From assembly GCF_006345805.1 (NCBI RefSeq), contig NC_043021.1, forward strand, positions 2,170,001-2,234,000: a stretch of 64,000 nt of DNA. Reading direction: 5' to 3'. The position numbers and the translations under genes were made by a program. Shown here one piece after another: positions 23,960 through 36,699 of this stretch (positions are counted from its first letter, which is position 1; each line of letters starts with the position of its first letter). Source of the DNA: Octopus sinensis (Eukaryota). The notes under the pieces were generated by a model, which saw only the letters and a program-made list of their open reading frames with translations, did no database searches and was not told the origin of the DNA.

Positions 23960-25393
23960 GTAAGTCCGAATATCGGTGTCGCTTTGCGTGCCAAAGTGTG
24001 CGGTCAATGACTGGGCAATGCGGAAAACGAGTTAGCGCGTGCATGCACGTGAGGGCGTATACACGAGTACAGGTGCACATATCAAAATTCACTGTAAAAT
24101 GAGCTCAGGTGAACGAGCGAGTGTATTCTCAATCCACGATATGGAAGATCTTCCTGCCGGATTATGGTGTGTGAAAAGCCTTGAAGGTTTCTCAGAAGTG
24201 AAATGTGTCTGGCGCCATTGTCACGGTCAGTTGCTGAGGTTAGCAAGAACGAGAGTGTGGCATGCTGAAGTGACGCGCCAGACAAATACTTTTCTCTATT
24301 TATTCCGTGACCAAACAGGGACCGAATGCACTGACAGGGCATTGGTAGGCCCTGATGCTTTAGTAGAAAGCACTTGCCCAAGGTGTGGTGCAGTGGGACT
24401 GAACATGAAACCACGTGGTTGCAAAGCGAAATTCTTAACCCCACAAACTATACCTTTGTTTAACTATAAAAATTAAAAAGCTCTCATGGAAGTTTTTTTC
24501 GAAGCACTCGGGGATAGTAAAGTGGGGGAGGCGGGGCTGCACAGAATTGTAACTTTGATCAAAATTTGTACAGGCATACCTCAACTTACGTCTTCTCGAG
24601 TTACGTCGTTTTCGATTTAAATTCAAGCACAAAGCGTCGATGCACACACGTTCGCGCGCACAAACTTACACCGGACTCACACACAAACACACATACATAT
24701 ACATACACGGCAAGCTTCAGCACAGTTTCCACTCTGTCAAGTTTGCTTACAAACATTGGTCAATCTTCCTTTATTTTAAATCTATTTTAAATCTTCCTTT
24801 TTTAAAATCTATTTGTCGTTTCAGTCATTGGACTGCGGCCATACTGGGGTACTTCTAGGGTTTTTAGTTGAATGAGTCGATCCTGGTGAATATTTTTAAA
24901 GCCAGGTACTTATGCTGTTGGTCACTTCTGCCAAACTGCTAAGTTACAAATCCACTCACAAGGCTTTTGTCGGCTCGGGGCTACAACAGAAGACTTAACA
25001 CATCTGCACCTAAAGTCATGTTTGCGCCTATATAACAGAAAGTGTATTTGAGGGAATTTTTAGTTACTACAGGTCGTCCGTCTGAGCGGTGGCCTAAAGT
25101 GTCGGGGTTAGAAAAGATGAGACTGAAAGTTATACAGAATTTGCAGGTCCTTTGCTAGAAACCACAAGTCAGAAGGTCTCACAAAAAATGAAAATATGCC
25201 TTTTAACTATAAATAGGGTTCAGCAAATTACAAAACCCTAAAGTTATTGTTTAGCTTATGCCAAAATCCGGCGCCCGTATTCCAACATAGGTATTATTTT
25301 GCCTTAGGTCATCCCTGATATTGCAGATCTACAACAGGCGTTCCGCCGGCGCCCATCCCTCTCTCTCTCTTTCCCCCGCTCCCCTCTCTCTCT

Positions 25394-25797
25394 AGGCACT
25401 AACATGGTTGCATGGTCAAGAAGTGCGCTTCGCAACCAAATGGTTTCGGGTTCACTCCCACTGCGCGGGACTCACGATTTGGGCAGGTGTCTCCAACTAT
25501 AGTCCTCGACCGACCAATGCTTTGTGAGTGAATCTGATAGATGGAAACTGTATGGAAGCCCGTCGTGTATGTGTATGTGTCCGTGGGTTTATGCTTTCGT
25601 ATTTTTATTTGTCCTCATACCACTTGACAACCGGTAATGGTTTGTTTACACCCATATAACTTAGCGATTCGGCAAAGGCACCGATAGACTAAGTACTAGA
25701 CTTAAAACGAGCACTGGAGTAGATTTGTTCGACTTATCTTTCAAAACGATGCCCCAGCAAGTCGGCAGTCCAATGATTAAAACAAGTAAAAAAGAGT
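25394..25797 (+). mobile_element. SINE family A, diverged
   Basis: Family head and tail recognisable. Confidence 0.65.
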
Positions 25798-26179
25798 TAA
25801 ATATCTGGGTCTTTATTGTCCACTGTGTCCGTTATTTGTTTAAGGCGGTTAAATGTGAATTTATAAAATTTAGTTGCTATTTCTAGCAGGTCGAGCGACT
25901 GTGCGTGGAAGGCATCCACTCGTCCTCATTAGAAAGTGGTTCCTTCGAGTGGCGCCAACAACTGTGGAATGTCGTTCTCTCGGATGGAAGAGAGAAACAA
26001 TATAATTATATATATATATATATACTGTATTATATCGTAGATAATTTTTTTAAACTGTTTTACTCGACACTGGTTCCAAAAAAGAATTAAAAACAAAAAA
26101 AGAGAAAGACATCCAAATTACATTCACTCGCTGCAAGTATTATAGCTACAAGCATTGCAGCCAAGTACTGCAACAGTCT

Positions 26180-27160
26180 GTCCGTCATCTCCACTCTAAC
26201 ACTTCCTCCACTTGCTCTCTCTTTCTCTCTCTGACGTTCTATATCCGTTCTTGTCTTACATTCTCTCTCTTTCCCATATTCTACTTCCTCCTGTTCTCAT
26301 TATTATTTTCTCTCTATCTTTCGTACAAACTGATTCAGTTTATGTCCGGCTCTCTCTCTCTCTCTCCTTCGTTCTCCTCTACATCAACTTCCTTTTTTTA
26401 CTCTGTTTATCACTAACTTTTCTGTTCTCTTCTCACTTCCTACCAATTCTGTTGGTCACCACACTTTTCTCTCCTTCTCTCTATCTCTCCCCACAAAAAC
26501 CCTTATTTCTCCTTCTCTCTCTCACTGTCAGTCACTCATTTTATGTCCGCCTCTCATTCTCTTCTTCACCTCACTTTCTCTGTCCGTTTCTCCTACCCTC
26601 TCTCTTTCCTTTCATACTCTTAGTTCTTCACTGCCAGCCATCCACTTTATGTCCGCCACTTGTGTCGCCCATTACACTCTTCTCTCATTCTGTCACCTCT
26701 CCACTTTATATTCCCCCCCTCTCACTCTACTTACTCTTTCTTTCTTCCACTCACCCTCTCAGCCCTCCACACTGTAATCACCTCTCACACACACTCTCTC
26801 TCTCTTTCTCTTTATCTCTTCTCCTTCACTTTACTCTCATTTCCGTTCAGTCTTGCACTTTGTGATCATTACTCTCTCTTCCCCTCTTCTCTAACTGTGT
26901 CAGTCCAGTCATCCACTCTTATGTCCTTCATCCATTCACCGTTTCTTTCTTTTACTCATACACTCCCACCCTCTCATTCTTTCTCGTTAATTTTGCACTT
27001 TTCCTCCCACCACTCCTCCTACCCTTAGCTCCACTCCAACCCTTCTCTTTCAACGCATTCTCTCTCCCTCCCTCCCTCCCTCTGTCTACGCAAATCATTC
27101 ACTTTATGTCCGCTTTCTCCTCCTCCTCCCTTTATTCTTTTACTTTATCTCTCTCACTTG
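26180..27160. repeat. Pyrimidine-rich tract with recurring TTTATGTCCG motif
   Basis: Motif at 26339, 26540, 26646, 27103 and a variant at 26918. Confidence 0.7.
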
Positions 27161-27167
27161 CATTCAG

Positions 27168-27990
27168 CTAAGCAGCCGCGCGCGCGCGCACACACAAACC
27201 TGTGTCTTTTAATAACTCTCACTCAACCTGATAACTACACGCGAGCACACACACACACACACATACATCTTCAGTAAGAACAACCATCGCATAGTCACAC
27301 ACACACGCACACGTTTCCCTCTCACTGTTACTCACGCACAGACATCACACATAAAGACATTGTAAGGAAGACACAGACAAAACTCACACAGAACTAAACG
27401 AAGAAGGCACACTACAGCCTCACTCACCAGCACTTATCTACAGAGTTAAGTAGCCGCACACACGTACACATCCCCGGACATATAAAGCTATCACCATCCC
27501 TATGATCACGTGTAGACATATGTATACACATGAAATAAATGTCTATATTTCTGTTAAAATGTCTATTTATTACCTTCACTCACACTCAGCGAGGTAGCCG
27601 CGCACACGTACACAGCAACAGCTACGCCGCCATAGAAATACATAAACAGACATGTCTGTCTGTCTGTCGGTTTCACTCTCCACTCATACTCAACTAGGCA
27701 GCCGCACTCACGTATACAGCAACAGTCGTACACTGACCGACAATTTGCAACATCGTCCGTAAATAAACGTAAGGTAATCACCATACGTGGTGCACCTTCT
27801 TTTTCCTCTGGTTTTCCCTTTAACACTTTCACCTACACTTGGCTAAGTAGCCGCGCACACGTATGCAGCAACAGTCACTCACCGCCGCCGCCGCCGCCAC
27901 CGCCACTCGCAGCCTCGTTACTTCACACTCTCGTTCCCTCTCACTCACACTCACGCAGAGCCAGGCAGCCGCGTATTCGTACAGAAACAG
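27168..27990 (+). repeat. Degenerate repeat cluster with core ARGYAGCCGCGCACACGTAYACAGCAACAG, six copies, upstream of the PTEN start
   Basis: Copies near 27168, 27446, 27591, 27694, 27843, 27961. Confidence 0.7.
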
Positions 27991-28318
27991 AGTCAACAGA
28001 GCCAGGCCAGCAATAAGAACCATTACCATTTAGCACCAACACTAGCAGCAGCATCAGCAGCACGGCTAGCACCACATATGAGACAGCAGAGCACAGACAC
28101 ACAGACGTCGTCGTTCGCCGTACACACACACACACATACACACATATACACACACACACACTTACTCATTGGCACATTCGCACAGACCAACCAACTGTCT
28201 CTCACTCTGGGTCTCTCACTCTCTCACTCACACACACACATTCACTTCAAACAGTACAAGCCAAATTTCTCAGCTAGGAATGGATATATGACATTGACGA
28301 AAGAACATGCGAGAGAAA

Positions 28319-28397
28319 ATGGCTAACAAGATAAAAGGAATTGTAAGCAAGAAGAAAAGGCGTTTCCAAGAAGATGGCTTCGACTTGGACTTAACCT
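28319..28397 (+). CDS. PTEN: PTEN phosphatase, first coding exon ([26 protein letters not shown]+1 nt)
   Basis: Matches the PTEN N-terminus (human [27 protein letters not shown]); 79-nt coding length and phase-1 intron as in human; missed by the ORF track because it is short. Confidence 0.92.
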
Positions 28398-28406
28398 GTA
28401 TCCTTT
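28398..28406 (+). promoter_or_regulatory. U12-type (minor spliceosome) 5' splice site
   Basis: GTATCCTTT immediately after ...TTAACCT. Confidence 0.85.
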
Positions 28407-28555
28407 TAATTCTTTCTAAATGAACCCCACATATCTTACGCAGACACACATACATGCATACATACATACACACACACATATATACATATATATATATATA
28501 GATATGTGTGTATGTATGTATCTATCTATATATATATATATAGACATATCTATAT

Positions 28556-28595
<40 letters not shown>

Positions 28596-29322
28596 GTATG
28601 TATTTATATAATACACAGGTACATGTGTACGTATGTATGTATCTATGTGTCTATGTTAAAAGTTAGATTCTGTTGTCGGACCGCCGAGCCGAAGAATATC
28701 GTTTGGACCTGTTTTCACTAGAATGGACCCCTCTTTCGTGGTCCTGCCTTGATCTTCCTTTTATTATATATTTTTTTTATCGCACACTTTATTGCAAGGG
28801 AAACACCGCTATGATGTGGAGCTATATATATATATATATATATACATATATATGTATGTATGTATATTCTCCCATGGACATGAAGGTAAATATCGCTTTC
28901 ACACTTTATGCATACAATCATTTTATTTATATCATCTGTACATAGTGATGCGTGTATGTTTTATCTACATATAAATACAGATAAAATACAGATGTATGTG
29001 TTGCTTAAGTTCCATTCGATCCCTCAGCTACTGGTGTCTGTATGTGTGTGTGTGTGCGCGCATGTATGTAGTACAACAGCTATTGATGTAAGCATATATA
29101 TAAATTTGGTGCCCCAGCATGGTCACAGACGCATGACTGAAGCCAGTAATATAGCTATCTATCTATCTATAATATATTTAACGTACGCATGAAATCGTAT
29201 GTTATATACACAGATATATATATACATGAATGTCATATATATATGTTGTTTCACTGACAACTTCGTATGGTGAAAAGTTATACATCCACATATATAAATC
29301 TAAGTAACATGTACATAACCTT

Positions 29323-29353
<31 letters not shown>

Positions 29354-30404
29354 GTGTGTGTGTATGCACACGTAGTCTTTATATATATGTGTGTGTATAT
29401 ATATATATATATATACACGATAAACATTAGCTTAGCGCGTGTATATATGATGTTTCCTAAGCTTGGCGACCTCCGTGCCCCATATATCTCCCATGTTCAC
29501 AACTTTACTTAACGTCTCCGCGAATCCATCCATCCACCCCTGGATACTCCGACCGAGTCCATTCCAGTCATATGAGTTATTCCTCCACCTCTCATCCTGT
29601 TACTCTTTTTCCGCAATCCATCATCATCATCCTCACCATCACCACCACCATCATCGTCATCATCATAACATGAAAGCATGTACTGGAAAAAGAGCTCCTC
29701 CCCACATTACTCCCTTCTCCCATATGCGAGCATATATATATATATATATATACACACGTTTGTATATATATATATATATATATACATAGATGTATATATA
29801 TGTATGTAGAATCAGTGTTGCAAAGGCGGAAGTAAAGAAAAATAACTCGTATTGCCAAAGTTGTCAAAATGCCATAGGATGCATAACGGTAACAAGTGCC
29901 TTTATATATATATATATATATATTAAATATATATATATATACATGCATTTATATATATATATATGTATATATGATGTGTGGATGATGCGATATTATCCTC
30001 TTCCTGCTGCCACCGTTTGCCCCCTGACATCTAAAGTGCATTCCTTCTCCTTCCTCCTTCCTTCCTGCCCCCAGCTCTTCCCGCCCGCCCCTCCCTCCTT
30101 TTTTTTTTCTTCTTCTTCTATCGGTCCTTAAAGGTTTGTTGTTTATTGGATCTGCCGTAGAAGGGAGAGTTGGTGGGGGTAGGGTAGGAACGGGGTGGGA
30201 GACGGGGGGGTTGAATGAAGATGACGACATTTCTCTGAACGTGAACTTCCATAATGCACTTTGGCGGGTGACTGTGGAATGGTTGTGGTGTTGTTGTTGT
30301 TGCCTAAGTGTAACGGTATGTGGAATGGTTGGGGAAGGGGACAGAGAAAGTGAGGAATTGAAGGGGGTGACCTGTTGTTTGTAGCATGCTGCTGCTGCTG
30401 TTGT

Positions 30405-32900
30405 TGTTGTTGTTAAACCCCAGGTCAGCTCTGATAGAGCCAACCAGATCTATGAATCAGAAAGGAAGAAAAAAAAAAAACCCAGAAAAAAAAGAACCCC
30501 TTTCCAGCCTTCAAATTCCGGACCTTTCGTTATATATCTGGAACAATAATTATCCAGTGTGTCGTCCTTAAACCGATTCTGTCCTACTTCCCCCTGAGAG
30601 AATGTGTAATATGTAAATTTGAGGGATTTTTCAGGTTGCTACTTTTAGCAGGCCCAGCAGCCTCGTGAGAAGCTCTGACTGGATCGTGTGTACGTGTTGT
30701 TGCTTAGCCCCGCTGTTAAGTCTTAATTCAACAACCATATACTCAAAAGCGTTCCATTCGTGACATTCGTGTCTTATTTCATCAAAGGTGTCTAACCTTT
30801 TCCTTCTAAAGATGGACTAGTGATTCGAGTGAGATTTGGCTATTATTTCTAGGAGGTCGAACGATCGTGTTGGATCACCACCAAAGGCCCAAATGGGCTC
30901 TAGTGGAGCAACCATATTAACGAAGGCTCTCCAGATCTGACCATCTCGTTTATACCTTATAGAGATATATAGAACATCAAGGTCTTATTTAGTCAATGGG
31001 GACTTATTTCTTTTACATTTTAGTTTCTTTTTCATGATTATAGGAAATATTTGGTCGCTATTTTTAGCTGTTTCGGGCGACCTTTTAGTGGCTCTTGTTT
31101 ATATCTTTATGGAGAGGAGACGAATTTTTTTTTTGGCAAGCGGTCAGAAATAAGGGGTAATTTTCAGCCCTGTTAAATTATCCATCCATCCATCTATCTT
31201 TTTTACTCTCTTTCGTCTCTTCCTCTGTATTTTTAGTCTGACAACAATCTCTTGGCCTGCTTTTTTTATTTTTGTTCTAGGAAAACCTCAATAGAACACA
31301 CACACACTCTTGTTTACTCTTGATCTTAGGGTCAACACGTTTGTTGTATAGATACCCCCACCGATCTATCTCTCTGTCTACACGACTAACATACAAAGCG
31401 GAACGCTGATGAAAGGCGGTCTGGCCGTGGCCATCCATCCATTCCCTATTTACCATTCAGATATAGTGTATCTAGGACTATATAATCTAATGTGTCGTTC
31501 GTGATTTTTTTTTCTTTAACTTTTTCTTTTGACGGCAGGGAATTGAGATAGATTTAGCTGCCAATTCGTTGTGGCTCCATCGTTTATTCCGTTTCTAAAA
31601 AGAGGGTAGTGTCTTTTTTTTTCCTACCCTCCATCTTATACAAGGCCAACAAGGTGGCCTCATAAAGCTGCTAAAAATAGCAGCCAACTCTCCTTTAAAT
31701 CACATGTATACTGTCTTATAGATGTTTAGGACAGTGTCGTGGCTTGATACTGTTTTGGTTCTAGGTCTGCTGGATCAGGTCTGACCTGTGGCTAAAAACA
31801 GCAAAAAACAGTCAGTTTGAGCACAGTTATGACATTCCACACATGACCATCTTTTGCTTCCCTCCCAACCTTTCAGACTGTGCACCTTGGACTACATTAT
31901 CTTATGTATGTCCTTCGTTTTTCTAAAACGGTCTTAATCTGAACTTCAGGGAGATTATGATTTGACTGCTGTTTCTAGCTGATTAGTCGATCGACCGCAT
32001 AGTGGAGCCCTTCACACAAACTGGCTCGCGTGCACTGTTGCTGTTTGTTTAGTCCGTGGTTAATCACATTGATCAAGACCTATTATAAATCAAAGCCTTT
32101 CCACTTGTGGCCATCTCGTCTTCGTGAAAAAGTGTGTCCAGGACTACAGCTATTGAATATTCCCCCCTTTTTTTGTTTTTGCTTTTTTTTTTTTGTAATG
32201 TGGTAGTGTGTGATTTAAGAGGAAGATTTGGCTGTGGTTTTTAGCTCGTCGAATTTATACTGTAGTAGAGATTCGCTAGTGTTTTATTGTGGGGGGGGGG
32301 AAACTAGGGGTTGTTTGAAACCATTACAGAAAGGGGTTAAACATATCCCATTGGGAAAGCTTTGCGTTATATTTTGTCTTGTATTTTTGTAACGATGCTC
32401 CCTAAATAAACAAGCAACCTCAGAGATGAGTGTTTAAGGCATTAGGGGTTACACATCCCTTATCTGTGTGAAATATGTTGTCTCCCATCCATTTATGACA
32501 ACGTGCATCTCAGAATACGTTGTTCGATTTGTGTTTTTTGTGGTCCTTTTTCAGACGGAGTAGATCTGATGTGGTTTGAGGCAGTGGCGTTTGGTTGCTA
32601 TTTCTAACAGGGCTCGCGTCCACCTAGAGGCTCTTTCGTTGGCATGTCTATTTTGCCTCTCTAGTTGACGGCTCGTCTTCGACTTCTTTCCAAAAAGGTT
32701 TCTCAACTCAATATTTACATGCTATGAATTTGTAGCTTTGTAACCTGCTTCGAGATCCACTATTTAAAAAAAAAAGAAGTTATATATACACACGTGTGTG
32801 TGTGTGTTTGTGTGTATAGTTGTTTAAACCCCTAGCTCCTGATCCTGTAGAATTATGATTAAAGGCATTCCTTTCCGTTCCATTTCCCTTTATTTATTTT
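30405..32900 (+). repeat. Old degenerate tandem array of repeat J (units roughly 200-270 bp), one unit inverted
   Basis: Recurrent blocks ttagcccc / attcc..gtgaccatc / tatctaggacta / gatttggctgctatttctagcagg; inverted unit at about 31650-31800. Confidence 0.6.
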
Positions 32901-35140
32901 CTTTCTATACGCCAACGACTCACTCACATTGTCCAGTTTTGTAAATCCTCATAGAATTTTTAAGACGATGTGATTTGCGGGCAAAATACACTTACGATTG
33001 TCTACCAGATCTATTCGTGGTGGTGGTGGTGGCTTTATTTCCTCCCTTTTCCTCTCGGTGGTTCAATCATTGTTTGCCCAGGGCTAAAACAACAATTTCA
33101 AATCCTTCATCAACAGGGGGGGGGGTTGTTGATCCCCCATCGCTTCCTCTCCCCCCCCCAACCAGCTATGACGACATGTTGGTTTTCCGGAATCCGTTGT
33201 CAGGTCACATGTAATAATGCACTTTATATTTACCTACACACACGCGCGCACGCACTCACGCACTGGCGTGTGTGGTTGTGTGTTTGTATATATACACATA
33301 TATGTGTGTGTGAATGTGTATATATGCATGTGTGTGTGTGAATGTGTATTTATGCATGTGTGTTTGTGTGTGCATATATATATGTGTGTGTGTATATTTA
33401 TATATATATGTGTGTGTGTATATATATATGTGTGTGTGTGTGTGTGTGCATATATATATATATATGTGTGTGTGTGTATATGATTATATGAATCTGAGTA
33501 GCAACAGTACGATATATATATATACATACATATATACACAATGCATCTGTTGAACTTTTTTACCTTTGTATATACAAACGCGTGTGTGTGTGTGTGTGTG
33601 TGTTATATCCAGCGATCCCTTTTTTTGTATCCTCTCCCCACCCCTCATTCTTATTGTCTCTCCCTCTCTCTTTTTTCCTTCCTCCTCCCACCACCAATGT
33701 TGTTTTGTTTTTGTTTTTTTTAAATCGGGGCCTCTTCTACTTTAGAGTTCTAATAAATCTAAGCTGTGATCACGTGCGTACACGCGCGCTTTCCCCTCAT
33801 TTAATCGCGCGCGCGCACTGACATAAATAGAAATATACGAAGAATGTGTTGCGTGAAGGATATATATATACATATGTATATATATATGTATGCATATATA
33901 TATATGTATATGTGTGTGCATACCTACACAAGTGTGCTTTCGTTGGGCTTGTGTAGGTATGCTTAATATTCGTGTGTGTGTTTGTACTCACATACAAACG
34001 TAGGATCCAACGTGATGGAGCCTTGGCGTACTCGTTTGCACTGTTAGAAACTGCAACTAAAGTTATCCCCCAAATCACTCCCCAGCGTTTTATGGAGGAA
34101 AAAAATAAATAATAATAAAAGCGATGGTACGTTGGAATCTTGATTCGTAGGTCCCGAGTTCTTTGTACACAGGAAAAAAAAGACTTGATGTGTGTGTGTG
34201 TTTGAGAATGTCTCTTTGATCACAGAACTGGCCTTCGCCATCAGGTCTGACCTCGGGCTAAACAACAGCACCAGCGTGCACGCAAATACCTTCAGACGAA
34301 TGCACACATCGTTCTTGCTGTTTTCTCTGTCCGTCTGTCTGTCTTTCTCTCACACAAATTCCCTCGCTCGCGTGCTTACACATCTTTCTGCTTCGTTTTT
34401 GTAGCGATATACATACATGCATTCGTGTTTGTGTGTGTGTGGGGGGGGGGGACACTTGTCAATAGATATGTGCGCGCGCATGTATGTATGTGTGTGTGTC
34501 TGTATGTACACACACACACACACCAACCCCCAAAGCTTTGGGAGTGGAATTGGTAAACGGTGTTTGTTTACGTTCCCGTAACTTAGCGGTTCAGCGAAAC
34601 ACACCGACAGAATAAGTACTAGTGTCGATTTGTTTGACTAAAGCTTTCAAGGCCGTGCCCCAGCAGGGTCGCAGTCCAATGACTGAAACCCGTAAACAAT
34701 AAAAGACGTGTGTGTGAATATGCTTACAATGTGTATCATGTACCGTGTGAATAGCTGTAGAGGTTTGTCTGTACAATGTATAACCATTGTGTGTGTTCTG
34801 CGTTTACAGAAACGGATACGAGCTGATGAAATGTAACCTGTAATATCTCTGGACCCTTTGTTGCTTAGGCCCCATAATTAATCCTGATCTAGCAGATCTA
34901 TGATCAAATGCATTCCAGTCGTGACAGTCCTGTCATTTATTCAGACATTGTATATCTAGGATTAAAATTACCGTTCCTAAGCCTAACCCTTTCGCATTTA
35001 GACCAGCCATACGCAACCAAAATATTCAAGCTAGCCAGATCTTGCCTCTCGCACTTACCCTACAATGTCATTCTAAAGATAAACGGTCGCATCATTGGAA
35101 TCTCAGCACAAGATAATGACTGGTTTGGTTCAAAACAAAT

Positions 35141-35356
35141 CATCATCGTCGTTTAACGTCCGTTTTCCATGCTGGCATGGGTTGGACAGTTCGACTGGGG
35201 CCTGGGAAGCCAGGAGGCTGCGCCAGGCTCCAGTCTGATCTGGCAGTGTTTCTACAGCTGGATGCCCTTCCTAACGCCAACCGCTCCATGAGTGTAGTGG
35301 GTGCTTTTTACGTGCCACCAGCACAGGGGCCAGAGGAGGCTGGCAAACGGCCACGA
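35141..35356 (-). mobile_element. RTE-type 3'-end element (family B)
   Basis: (CAT) tail and ggatgcccttcctaacgccaacc. Confidence 0.7.
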
Positions 35357-35761
35357 CTGGTTGTGAATAAATAAGCATCACACTTGTTGACAGATTGATT
35401 TCAATGTTAAAGGATTAAAGGGCAGTTGGATGTATTTGAAGGATGAGGTCCTGGTGATCCTGTAGAACCTGTATCATTGTCCTGGCTTTTGTGCTGTGAA
35501 CCATTGACTCTTATCAGTAATAACCATCTCTTTGCTGCCCAATGCTTAGATTTGTTCAATGTCTGGGGAACTTTGAATATTTTTGCAGTTAGAAGTTCTG
35601 TTGGTAATCCACTTTTGCTGCAGTGTGTCTCTAAGGAGAAAGTCACTCTGATACAAAAACCAGATATTCAGAGAATGGCATTGAACATTCTGGGAGTTTT
35701 TTGTTTGTGCTTGGGATCATGGCACCTGTGCACATTCTTTAGCCTGCAACCCATACTCTTT

Positions 35762-36153
35762 ACTCTCTATTACTTGTTTCAGGCATTTGACTTTGGCCAT
35801 GCTGGAGCACCACCTTTAGTTGAGCAAATCGACCCCCAGGACCTATTCTTTGTAAGCCTAGTACTTATTCTATCAGTCTCTTTGGCTGAACCGCTAAATT
35901 ACTGGGACGTAAACACACCAGCATCAGTTGTCAAGCTATGTTGGGGGGGGGGGGCAAACATACACACACATATACATAAATATATGCATATATATGATGG
36001 GCTTCTTTCGGTCTCCGTCTACCAAATCCACTCACAAGGCTTTGGTTGGCCCGAGGCTATAGTAGAAGACACTTTGCCCAAGGTGCCATGCAGTGGGACT
36101 GAATCCGGAACCATGTGGTTGGTAAGCAAGCTACTTACCACACAGCCACTCCT
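35762..36153 (-). mobile_element. SINE family A, full length
   Basis: Head and tail present. Confidence 0.8.
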
Positions 36154-36699
36154 GCGCCTCTACTGTGCATGACATGTATTGTACCAGCAGTCAGCTTCAC
36201 TCAAGTTCACGTCTGCAGCGTCGGTTCTCACCTACTTAACTAGGCATTGGATAGTTACCTCACCAGCAATAACACAACCTAAAATCTTAGGTCCACTAAG
36301 GTTTGCACGGCACCTCTTGAATCCTCTCCACTCTACTGACATCATCCAGTGACAAGACAGGGCAAAATATCCCATGCCAGTATAGGTTGCAGGCTCAGGA
36401 ATGTGCACAGGTGCCATGATCTCTAGCAAAAGGTCCCTGAAATGTTCAGTACCATTCTCTGAATATCTGGTTTTATATCTTAGAGACATGCTTCAGCAAA
36501 TGTTAAGCAGTGCCTCACCCCCAGCAGTTTTCCAGCATGCTGGACACTGACACAGAATTTCTGAGGGCCTGTGCTATGCATGGAGGGAGAATGCATATAT
36601 CTTTGTGTAGGTGTATAGGTGATAGAGAAACAAATGGGAAACAGGACGAGTAACGTAAAGAACGACCCTTCATCAGTTGTTGGCTGTCCGTCTACTCCT

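Larger units (their letters stand above)
21750..24700. promoter_or_regulatory. CpG-retaining, largely repeat-poor region, probable promoter or CpG-island-like segment
   Basis: Visibly more CpG and fewer SINEs than the flanks; contains strong splice donors on both strands (minus at 22901, plus at 23960). Confidence 0.4.

Noticed and set aside
24571-24615. caggcatacctcaacttacg as a Tigger/pogo TIR
   Set aside because: Single short end with no partner TIR or transposase sequence.
26212-27028. 217-aa Leu/Ser/Phe-rich ORF resembling a membrane protein
   Set aside because: Product of a CT-rich low-complexity tract, which lacks stop codons by composition.
35477-36172. 231-aa ORF and the recurring peptide IHSQGFGRPEAIVEDTCP...GLNPEPCGW in many ORFs
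   Set aside because: These are translations of SINE family A, not a protein family.
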